Source: an uncultured Chloroflexia bacterium (lineage in GTDB: Bacteria; Chloroflexota; Dehalococcoidia; DSTF01; JALHUB01). From it: a stretch of 10,565 nt of DNA. The translations under genes were made by a program, and so were the position numbers. The notes beneath the pieces were generated by a model. It was not told where the DNA came from and did no database searches. It was given only the letters and a program-made list of their open reading frames with translations. This document shows, one piece after another, positions 1-8,453 of this stretch. Positions within the stretch are counted from its first letter, which is position 1, and each line of letters begins with the position of its first letter. The stretch spans positions 1-10,565 of the forward strand of contig CAVSBT010000033.1 in the NCBI GenBank assembly GCA_963726245.1. The letters run 5' to 3'.

Positions 1-1115
1 CGCCCGGCTTCTTCCAGCAGCGTTACGCCCAGCATGACGCCGGACTGGCCGACAGCGCCTGGAGAGGCGGCAGCAGGTCTGGGGCCGGGTAGGCGTCCAG
101 GTACCGGACCGGCGTGGCTGGGAAGAGCAGCAGGTCGGTGTCCTGGCGGCGCAGCGTCTCCACCCAGCGCCGGGCATCCTCGAGGAAGGCGGCGCCGGTC
201 GGCGGCAGGGTCGCCTGGAGCACCGCCAGGCGCCGGCTGCCGGGCCCAACGGCCAGCGGCTCCTCCGGCAGGCGGGCCGCCGGCAGCTCCTCGGTGGGGG
301 CCGTCAGGGCTGAGTAGAGGGCGGGGCGGCGGGCGAAGGGCGGGCCGGTCGCCTCCGCGGGGTCCAGGTCGAAGGTGAGGACGGTCTCCTCCTCCGTCCC
401 GGCCGAGGCCAGCGTCCGGCCCCTGGGGTCGATGACGCAGGAGCGGCCGCAGTAGACGATGCTGCCCGCCTCGATCCCCACCTTGCCCGCTGCCACCACC
501 CAGACCCCGTTCTCCAGGGCGCGGGCCGACATCATGTACTCGGGTTGAGGGTTGGAGAGCTCGCCCGGCTGGCGGCCCCAGCTCACCCAGGCCGTCGAGT
601 CGACGATGACCTGGGCGCCGCCCAGGGCCGAGGCAGCGGGCTATCTCGGGCAGGCGGCCGTCGGCGCAGATGAGGAGGCCCAGCCGACCCAGGGGCGTCT
701 CGAACACCGGGTAGTGGGCGCCGCCCCGGAACCAGCGGCGGTCGAAGTGCCAGAGGAAGCTCTTGTCGTAGCGCCCGGCCAGGCTGCCGTCGGGCGCGAA
801 GAGGAGGGCGGAGTTGGCCACCTCCCCCTCGTCTGACGGGAAGGCGACGCCCACCGCCAGGTAGACGCCGTGCTGGGCGGCCTTGCCCCCGAAGGTGCGA
901 AGGAGGCCGTCGGCGTCCAGAGGCTCGGGCGCGGCGGTACTCCTCCCGAGAGCGCAGGAAGTAGGCGGGGTAGGTGACCTCGGGCAGGACGATGAGGTCG
1001 GCTCGCTCCGCCGCCGCCCGGTCCACCATCTCCAGGGTGTGGCGCAGGCCTTCGGCCGCCTCCTCCAAGTCGAAGGCGCGGAGCTGGACGAGGGCTAGAC
1101 GCGCACCAAGCTCAC
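1..1115 (-). CDS. Carbon-nitrogen hydrolase (nitrilase family), two-domain; frameshifted and truncated at the left window edge
   Basis: Stitching frames gives RLALVQLRAF...ADLIVLPEVTYPAY (catalytic Glu), AGRYDKSFLWHFD (Lys), GLLICADGRLPEIAR (Cys), then ARALENGVWVVAAGKVG and YCGRSCVIDPRG. A second unit starts at RRLAVLQ...DLLLFPA and continues as SGVMLGVTLLEEAG off the edge. The start is probably the GTG at 1115, directly after the upstream TAG, but it is uncertain because of an indel near 1100. Confidence 0.85.
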
Positions 1116-2468
1116 CTACCGAGTTTCACCTGCGCGCATCGCCGAAGCCGAGACGCCAACGGTCGAGTTGATGATACGGATGGCGGCACGCGTAACAGGA
1201 ACCAGGCTTGGTCGATGGATTTTGTCCAGTGTATCCATCGCGTCGAACAGGTAGAACGGCGCAACCAAGGTAGTTCACGATAGGGACGCCTGCGGGGTAG
1301 AAGTTCGCTGCATCCGTTGTCGGCTTCTCTCTGAAAGCCGTTGGCGGCAGGATGTATGAACGTCGCAGGTCTTCAGCCTCGATTGCTTCTCGCACCGCAG
1401 CTTCCAGGCGCGGGATGCGCGACGTGAACCACCAACGTGTTTCTGGCCGTCCGGTCGGATGCAGCTCGCCGCCCACTTCCGACACCTCGCTGTGCGGCAT
1501 GTTCAAGGTGCACCTCTAACACCACGTGGTCGAGTTCGGCACGATGAGATAGTACGAAGTCTGCCTGCCCGGCGCCTCCCGACATGTGTCCTCCGTTGAG
1601 GAGGAACATGAGGCGGTGCGGACGCTCCGCCGGCGGGACGCGCGACCAATAGGCGGCCTGGGCCAGCACCAGCGCGATTCCCGAGCCGTCCTCGACCGCC
1701 GACGCCCACGGGCCGTCGTGGTGCGATCCAACGATCACTGCCTCATGGTCTGCTCCGGCAGCTCGCCAACGATGTTGAATGAGGTGATTGATGCTCGGCG
1801 AGCGTCGACCTCGAGCCTGACTACGACGGGACCCTCGTCGAGCCAGGACTTCAGTCGTTCTCCATCGCCCCCGCTGATCCAGACGCCCGGGATTGGGCGC
1901 GGGTTTCCCATCGTAGGGCACGTAGTATTCACGCGAGTTCCCTGGGTAGCCGGTAAGGACGCCGACAAACCCGCAAGCGCCGGCGGCTATCGCTGACTCC
2001 ATCGCTGCCTGGCCGGCCCGAGTGGCCGGGAGAAGCTGGCTGGCCGCCGCGAACGACCCATCGGGGTCGAACTGCCACGTGGCGACGCGTTGGTACCAGC
2101 TATGAGGCACCCGCAAGAGCGGGAGCTCGCAAAGGGCGATGGCGCCCGTGCACGGCACCGCCGTCGAGCGCAACCAGGGTGGCTTCAAGGTGGTTCGGCG
2201 AACAGAACGGAAGGGCGAAGCAAGGGATCTCGGCCTCGGTACCATCGGCCCTCACGGCCACCAAGGACGAGTGAAGCGGTTCCCAGTAGGGCGTGACCAC
2301 GGGCTCCGCACGGACGCTCTCGAGTCCGAACTCGCGAAACCGGTCCTGTATCCACTGCTCTGCCCATCGATCGGCGGGATAGCCCGGACGCCGCACGCCC
2401 TGCCGGAAGACTTCTTCGATCCAGTTGTAGATCTGGTCCTCCGCCGGAACCATGTCTTCGCGTAGCAC
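1116..2468 (-). CDS. PA-domain / M28 family peptidase-like protein (multiple frameshifts)
   Basis: GTG at 2468 with GGAGGAG RBS at 2475-2481. Pieces across frames: RRPGYPADRWAEQWIQDRFREFGL; PIPGVWISGGDGERLKSWL (PA-domain end); SFNIVGELP; IVGSHHDGPWASAVEDGSG; TDAANFYPAGVP; YLFDAMDTLDKI; ends ...AMRAGETR-TAG at 1116-1118. Confidence 0.75.
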
Positions 2469-2471
2469 TTC

Positions 2472-3259
2472 TTACTCCTCCCCCCGCACACGGTTTCGCA
2501 GCACACCGATACCCTCGATCTCCACCTCCACCACGTCGCCGGGCGCGCAGGGTAGGGGTGGTGCCAGGGGTGCCGGTGAAGACGAGGTCGCCCGGCTCCA
2601 GGGTCATCACGCGGCTGGCGAAGCTGATGATGTGCGCCACGTCGTGGATGAGAAGGCGGGTGCTGCCCCTCTGCTTCACCTCGCCGTTGACGCGCGTCTG
2701 GAGGTCGAGGTTCCGCCGGGTCCAGCTCATCGACGATGCACGGCCCCACGGGCGCGAAGGTGTCGCTGGACTTGGCGCGCCACCACTGGATGTCGCCCCG
2801 CTGCCACTCGCGGGCGCTGACGTCGTTGCCGCAGGTGTAGCCCAGGACGCAGCCCAGCGCCTCGTCCGGCGAGAGGCCGCGCGCCCGTCGTCCGATGACG
2901 GCCACCAGCTCGCCCTCGGCGTCGACGCGTCCAGCGCCAGCAGGGATGACGATCGCCTCCTCCGGCCCGACGACGGCGGAAGGGGTCTTCAGGAACAGCT
3001 CGGGGGCGCTGGGCGGCTCCCGGTCTCGCTCCCCAGAGATGAACCCGCCGCCGGTGGGAAGGTGGTCCATGTAGTTCAGGGCCACGGCGATGATCTTCGA
3101 CGGCCGGACGGGCGCCAGCAGGGTCACCTCTGCCAGGGGCAGCCGGACGCCCGTGGGCCGCCGCTCCCCGAAGAGGTCCCCCTCGAAGGGGAGGACGGCG
3201 TCGCCCTCCAGGAGGCCGCAGGACTCGCCTCCCTGGTGGAGGAAGCGGACGTACTTCAT
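2472..3259 (-). CDS. Fumarylacetoacetate hydrolase (FAH) family protein (frameshifted near 2720 and 2545)
   Basis: ATG at 3259 (MKYVRF) with GGAG upstream. Motifs PSKIIAVALNYMDH, LFLK, DAEGELVAVIG, GYTCGNDVSARE, AKSSDTFAPVGP, TLEPGDLVFTGTPG, PGDVVEVEIEGIGVLRN; TAA at 2472-2474. Confidence 0.92.
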
Positions 3260-3270
3260 CGTCTGTCTCC

Positions 3271-4675
3271 CTACGGCGGCAGCGCGCGTCGGGCCGCCTC
3301 GGTCAGGGCCTCCGACAGCGACGGGTGCCAGTGGACGGTGGCTGCCAGGTCGTAGACAGTGGCCTCCAGGCGCATGGCCAGCACCGCCTGCCCGATGAGC
3401 TCGCTGGCCTGAGGCCCCAGGATGTGCACGCCCAGGATCTCGCCTGTGCGGGCGTCGGCCACCAGCTTGACGACTCCCTCCGGCTGGCCCAGGGCGGCAG
3501 CGCGCGCGTTGGCCGAGAGGTCGGCCAGGCCCACGCGCACCTCGTCGCCCAGCGGCCCGCGCCTCCTCGTCGCTGAGGCCGACGGCGGCGTACTCGGGGT
3601 GGGTGTGTATGCAGCGGGGCACGGCCCGCAGGTCCAGACGGCTCTTCTGGCCGAGGGCGTTCTCGGCGGCGACGCGGCCCTCGTGGATGGCGGCGTGGGA
3701 GAGCATGATGCCCCCTATGGCGTCGCCGGCGCCGTAGAGGCCGGAGACGCTGGTGGCGCCGCCGCCATCGACGGCCAAAGCGCCGTTTTCACTGAGTCGG
3801 ACGCCCAGGGCCTCCAGGCCCAGCCCTTCCAGGTAGGGTACACGGCAGTCGGGCGCCACCACGGCGGCGGCCGGGACGGCGGTATCGCCCGCGGGTGTCG
3901 AGAGCAGGGCACGCCGCTCGCCATCCTCCTCGTCGAAGCCCTTCACCTGCGCCCCGGTTAGCACCCGCAGTCCTGCCGTCTCCAGCGACTGGGCCAGGTA
4001 GCCGGCCAGGTCGCCGTCCTCGCCGGGCAGGATGTGGGGGCCCGCCTCCGCCAGCGTCACGCGACTGCCAAAGGCGGTGAAGAGGAAGGCATACTCCAGG
4101 GCGAAGACCAGGCCGGCGGGCCCGCCGCCCAGCACCAGCAGCGAGGGCGGCGGCTCGGGCAGGGCCAGGGTCTGGTCGCTGGTGAGGACGCCGTCCGGCG
4201 GCAGCCCCGGCAGCGGCGGCGGCACGCCCCGGGCGCCGGTGGCGACGATGACGGCGCCAGCCGAGATCTCCTCGGCGCCGCCCTCGGCGAGCTGCACCGC
4301 CACCCGCAGGCCGGGCGCCTGCCCAGGCGCGAACTGCGCCCGACCGGCTATGTAGCGGACGCGGCGCGAGGCCAGCAGGTTACGGATGCCGGTCGCCACC
4401 CCGCCAGCAAGGCGCGCCTGTCGCGCCAGGGCGCGACTGAAGCTGGGCTCGCCCGTCGAGGGGAGGACGCCCTGGAGGCCCAGCGCCTGGGATTCCAGGG
4501 CGGCGCGCACGGTATCGAGGAGGATGTTGCTGGGGACGCAGTTGAAGCGGACGCAGTTGCCGCCGGCGCTCTGGTGCTCCACCACCGCTACGCCGGCGCC
4601 CAGTTCGGCAGCGCGCAGGGCCGCCGAGTAGCCGGCCGGCCCGCTGCCGATCACTACCAGGTCGAAATCGGGCAT
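3271..4675 (-). CDS. lpdA: Dihydrolipoamide dehydrogenase-like flavoprotein (E3), frameshift near 3550
   Basis: ATG at 4675. FAD motif DLVVIGSGPAGYSAA, redox pair CVRFNC, IVATG, TSVSGLYGAGD, interface domain GEILGVHILG...ASELI and C-terminal HPSLSE. Lies downstream of E1/E2. Confidence 0.88.
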
Positions 4676-4696
4676 ATCGCCCTTCCCTCGTTGACC

Positions 4697-4815
4697 GTAG
4701 GGGCGACCTTTAGGTCGCCACGAGCGTATCCCAACGCTGCGCAGCCGTAAGGACGGAGCTGAAGCTCCGTCCGCGAGGTCGCTAAAACCGGACAGAGCTA
4801 AAGCTCTGTCCCTAC
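4697..4815. repeat. Cluster of three REP-like palindromes, the outer two GTAG-tagged and inverted (REPIN/BIME-like)
   Basis: GTAG-g-GGCGACCT-tt-AGGTCGCC (4697-4719); GGACGGAGCT-ga-AGCTCCGTCC (4751-4772); GGACAGAGCT-aa-AGCTCTGTCC-CTAC (4790-4815). Sits in the E2-E3 spacer. Confidence 0.8.
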
Positions 4816-4827
4816 GGCCCCTAACGA

Positions 4828-6100
4828 TCACTCCTCCGTCACGAGCAGGTCAGGATGCTCCAGATAGTGCTTGACGCGACGCAGGAAGTCGGCGGCGGGG
4901 GCCCCGTCCACCACCCGATGGTCGAAGGAGAGGCTGAGGTTGAGGACGGAGCGCCGCACCACCCGGTCGCCTCTCCGCCGGAGGCGGACTCGCCCAGAGG
5001 GGCCGCTGGCCGCCTCTGGCGAGGAACGCGGGCACCTCCTTCACCCGGCCCACGCCCAGGATGGCGCACTGGGGCGGGTTGACGATGGGCGTGAAGACAT
5101 CGACGTCGTACATGCCGAGGGTCGTAACGGTGAAGGTGCCGCCCGTCACCTCGTCGACGGTGAGGGTGCCCTGGCGCGCCTTCTCGGAGAGCTCCCGCGC
5201 CTCGACGGCGATCTGGCGCAGCGGCTTGCGGTCGGCCTCCCGCACCACCGGCACGATGAGCCCTTCGTCCAGGGCGACGGCCACGCCCACGTTGACCTCG
5301 TCCAGCAGGCGGATGACGTCGCCCTCGAGAGTGGAGTTCAGGCGCGGGTGCTCGGCCAGGGCCAGGGCCGCCGCCTTGACGATGGCATGGGTGTAGGTGA
5401 CGCTCACGCCCCCGCCCGGCTCTGCCTGCCAGCGCTCGCTGAGCTCCTGGCACATGCGCCCGGCCTCCGTCACGTCCACCTCCATGGTGATCGTGAGCTG
5501 GGCCATCGTCTGGAGGCTCTCGTGCATGCGCTGGCCGATGGTGCGACGCACGCCCTTGAAGGGGATGGTGCGACCAGCAGGCGGCGCGGCAGGAGCCAGC
5601 GCCTCCCGGCGGGCGGCGATGGCGCGCTCCACGTCCTCCTGGAGGATGCGGCCGCCGGGGCCCGTGCCCTCCACCTGCGACAGGTCGATGCCCGCCTCCT
5701 CGGCCAGTCGGCGGGCCAGGGGCGAGGCCCGCACGAACTCGCCCGTCTCGCGGGCGGTCGGAGCGCCGCGGCCCGCGCCGGAGGCGGCGGGCGCCGGGGC
5801 TGCTGCCGCGGGCGCTGCCGCGCGCCGGCGGCCATCTCGACCAGCTCAGAGGGAAGCTCCTCGCCCTGGGCGAGGATGCAGCCCACGACGGCGCCGGCGG
5901 GCACGGTGGTGTCCTCGGGCACGCAGGTGGCGGAGGACGCCGGAGGCCTCCGCCTCCACCTCGGCGTTGATCTTCTCGGTGAGCATGCGGAAGATGGGCT
6001 GCCCCTTCTCGACGGGGGCGCCGTCGGGCACCAGCCACTGGGCCAGCGTGCCCTCGGTCATGGTCATGCCCATCTTGGGGAGGACGACGATGGTGGGCAT
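4828..6100 (-). CDS. acoC: Dihydrolipoamide acyltransferase (E2) with one lipoyl domain, several frameshifts
   Basis: ATG at 6100: MPTIVVLPKMGMTMTEG...LTEKINAEVEA (lipoyl Lys about 5972-5974); E3-binding RASPLARRLAEEAGIDLSQVEGTGPGGRI; GGTFTVTTLG, FTPIVNPPQCAILGVG, LSLSFDHRVVDGA; ends HPDLLVTEE-TGA at 4828-4830. Symbol assigned by operon type; the substrate is unproven. Confidence 0.9.
4974..5023. repeat. Palindromic insertion inside the E2 coding sequence
   Basis: Two hairpins: TCCGCC-gga-GGCGGA (4974-4988) and CTCGCCCAGAGG-GGCC-gct-GGCC-G-CCTCTGGCGAG (4989-5023). They separate EVPAF from GDRVVRRSVL, which are normally near-contiguous in E2. Confidence 0.65.
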
Positions 6101-6104
6101 GGTG

Positions 6105-7092
6105 CTACGCCCGCGCCGGCACCACGTTGAGCACGGCGTCCACGATGTTCTGGGCGTTGGGGAGCCAGGCGTCCTCCAGCACCGGGCTGAAGGGCACCGG
6201 CGTGAAGGGCGCCCCGATGCGCTGCGGCGGCGCGTCCAGGTAGTCGAAGGCCTGCTCCGCGATCTGGGCGGCGATCTCCGCGCCGATGCCCCCAAAGCGC
6301 ACCGCCTCGTGGGCTATCACCACCCGGTGCGTCCGCCGCACCGAGTCCAGGATGAGCCCCATGTCCAGGGGCTGGAGGGTGCGCGGGTCGATGACCTCGG
6401 CGTCGATGCCCTGCTCGGCCAGCTTGTCGGCGGCCTTCAGGGCCTCCCACACCATGGCCGAGGTGGCGACAATGGTGACGTCCTTGCCGGGCCGCTTCAC
6501 CTGGGCGACGCCCAGGGGCACCTCGTAGGGCTCCTCGGGCACGTCCTCGCGCTGTCCGTAGAGCTCGCTTGTGCTCCAGGAAGAAGACCGGGTTGTCGTC
6601 GCGGATGGAGGCTATGAGGAGGCCCTTGGCGTCGTAGGCGGAGGAGGGCATCACCACCTTGAGGCCGGGGATGTGGCAGAGGAGGGCCTCCAGGCTCTGG
6701 GAGTGCTGGGCGGCCACCCGGATGCCGGCGCCGCAGGTGGTGCGCACGACGATGGGCAGCCTGGCCTTGCCGCCGAACATGTACTTCATCTTCGCCATCT
6801 GGTTCATGATCTGGTCCATGGCGATGCCGATGAAGTCCATGAACATGAGCTCGACCACGGGGCGCAGACCGCAGGCGGCGGAGCCCACGGCCAGGCCGAT
6901 GATGCCCGCCTCCGAGATGGGCGTGTCCACCACGCGCCGCTCGCCGTACTTGGCGTAGAGGCCGGCGGTGATGCGGAAGGCGCCCTGGTGCTGGCCCACG
7001 TCCACGCCGGCGACGAAGACGTTGGGGTCGCGCTCCATCTCCTGGTGTAGCGCCTCGTTGACGGCCTGCATGTAGAAGAGCTCACGGGTCAT
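6105..7092 (-). CDS. acoB: TPP-dependent 2-oxoacid/acetoin dehydrogenase E1 beta subunit (frameshift near 6550-6570)
   Basis: ATG at 7092 with AGGAG at 7099-7103. Motifs RVVDTPISEAGIIG, GLRPVVELMFMDF, AAQHSQSLEA, DDNPVFFLEHK, EVIDPRTLQPLD, FDYLDAPPQRIG; TAG at 6105-6107. Confidence 0.93.
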
Positions 7093-7112
7093 GGCGCGCT
7101 CCTGGGGCATCG

Positions 7113-7176
7113 CTGTTCCAATGTTCGACTGTTCCACTGTTCGCGAACAATAGAGCACTGGAACAATGGAGCAAGG
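7113..7176. repeat. Tandem-inverted array of degenerate 8-mers
   Basis: ctgttcca-atgttcga-ctgttcca-ctgttc|gc|gaacaata-gagcactg-gaacaatg-gagcaagg: four TGTTC units followed by four GA(A/G)CA units, centred on the perfect palindrome TGTTCGCGAACA (7138-7149). Confidence 0.8.
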
Positions 7177-7270
7177 CGGAATTCCTTGTAGGTGGAGAGC
7201 ACCAGGTGGTACGCGTAGGGTCCTGTGTAGTCGAAGGTGGCGAGACGTGGTGCGAGTTTGCGGCGATAAG

Positions 7271-7297
7271 GGGGCGGACCTAAAGGTTCGCCCCTAC
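7271..7297 (-). repeat. GTAG-tagged REP-like palindrome
   Basis: The minus strand reads GTAG-GGGCGAACCT-tt-AGGTCCGCCCC, closely matching GTAGGGGCGACCTTTAGGTCGCC at 4697-4719. Sits in the E1-alpha/E1-beta spacer. Confidence 0.78.
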
Positions 7298-7337
7298 GGC
7301 TGGGTGTGCTGCTGGCACTCAGACTCGCGGCCTGGTA

Positions 7338-8302
7338 CTACGTGTACACATCCTTCGTCAGGTCCTCGACGCTCGGCGGGGGGCTCTCCTCGCCGAACTT
7401 GATGGCCTCCTCGATCTGCGAGCGCACCTCGGCGATGACGGCCTCCGCTTCCTTCTCGGACAGGACGCCGTCGGCGGCCAGGCGCTGCCGGAAGAGGAGG
7501 ATGGGGTCGCGGGAGTGCCAGTGCTCGCGCTCCTCCGCCGGCCGCTCCTCCTCGCCGTAGCTGGTGCCCACGTGGTCGTAGTAGCGATAGGTCTTGCACT
7601 CCAGCGAGCGAGGGCCCTTCGCCCCGGCGCGCTCGCGCCACGGCCTCGCCCGACGGCGTCGTAGACGGCCAGCACGTCCATGCCGTCGACGCTGCGGCCG
7701 GGCATGCCGTAGGCGGCCGCCCGGTCGGCGATGTCGACGACGGCCATCTCGCGCTCCTGGCGGGTGTACTCGCCGTAGAGGTTGTTCTCGTAGACGAAGA
7801 CCAGGGGCAGGCGGTAGAGGGCCGCCATGTTGGTCGCCTCGTGGACGGGCCCGATGTTGCTGGCGCCGTCGCCCAGGAAGCAGAGGCAGACCTGGCCCCG
7901 GCCCCGGTACTTGCCGGCGAAGGCGGCCCCCACGGCAATGGGAGCGCCGCCGCCGACGATGCCGTTGGCCCCCAGGATGCCCAGGTCCAGGTCGGCGATG
8001 TGCATGGAGCCGCCCTTGCCTTTGCAGTAGCCCGTCGCGCGGCCGAAGAGCTCGGCGTACATGAGACGGATGTCGCCGCCCTTGGCGATGACATGGCCGT
8101 GGCCGCGGTGGGTGCTGGTGATGTAGTCGTCACGGTTGAGGTGGGCGCAGGCGCCGACGGCTACCGCCTCCTCGCCGGCGTAGAGGTGGACGACGCCGGG
8201 GATGCGGGCCTCCTGCGAGAGGCGTCCGGCCCCGTCTTCGAACTCGCGGATGGTGACCATGGTGCGGAACATCTGGAGGAGCTTGTCCCTGGCGATCTCC
8301 AC
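7338..8302 (-). CDS. acoA: TPP-dependent 2-oxoacid/acetoin dehydrogenase E1 alpha subunit (frameshifts near 7650 and 7605)
   Basis: GTG at 8302 with AGGAGG at 8309-8314. Motifs HLYAGEEAVAVG, STHRGHGH, CKGKGGSMHIAD, TPP motif GDGASN...YENN, ARRGEGPSL, ECKTYRYYDH, RDPI; ends KDVYT-TAG at 7338-7340. Confidence 0.93.
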
Positions 8303-8341
8303 GGTGGTCCTCCTGGACGTGCGAATCGAGCGGCAAGAGAA

Positions 8342-8370
8342 ATGATAAGGGCGGGCAGAGTGAGCGTCAA
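8342..8370 (-). promoter_or_regulatory. Sigma70-type promoter of the dehydrogenase operon
   Basis: Minus strand TTGACG (8370-8365), 17-bp spacer, TATCAT (8347-8342), 40 nt upstream of the E1-alpha start. Confidence 0.75.
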
Positions 8371-8453
8371 CGCAGGGGGAGAGAACCAGGAACAGGGAAC
8401 CGGAGGCTCGACCCTGACCCGGGCCTGGGGAGAACACCCTGGCTGGAGGCGGC

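Noticed and set aside
2252-4831. 859-aa ORF appearing to fuse E3 with FAH
   Set aside because: Artefact of an indel near 3550: the true E3 C-terminus (HPSLSE, TAG at 3271) lies in another frame, FAH has its own RBS and ATG at 3259, and the first 52 codons translate the REP spacer.
5929-5954. Inverted repeat GGCGGAGG...CCTCCGCC in the E2 lipoyl domain
   Set aside because: It encodes the normal EAEASGVLR sequence without any insertion; likely a chance product of GC-rich codons.
4871-6617. Long plus-strand ORFs (419 aa, 406 aa) and similar plus-strand ORFs across the window
   Set aside because: Antisense shadows of high-GC minus-strand genes; no recognisable motifs.
7113-7176. CRISPR array
   Set aside because: Units are only 8 bp, lack unique spacers and invert at the centre; no cas genes are present.
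1-8302. Programmed ribosomal frameshifting or phase variation as the cause of the split genes
   Set aside because: Breaks are numerous and scattered, without recurring slippery heptamers or long simple repeats.
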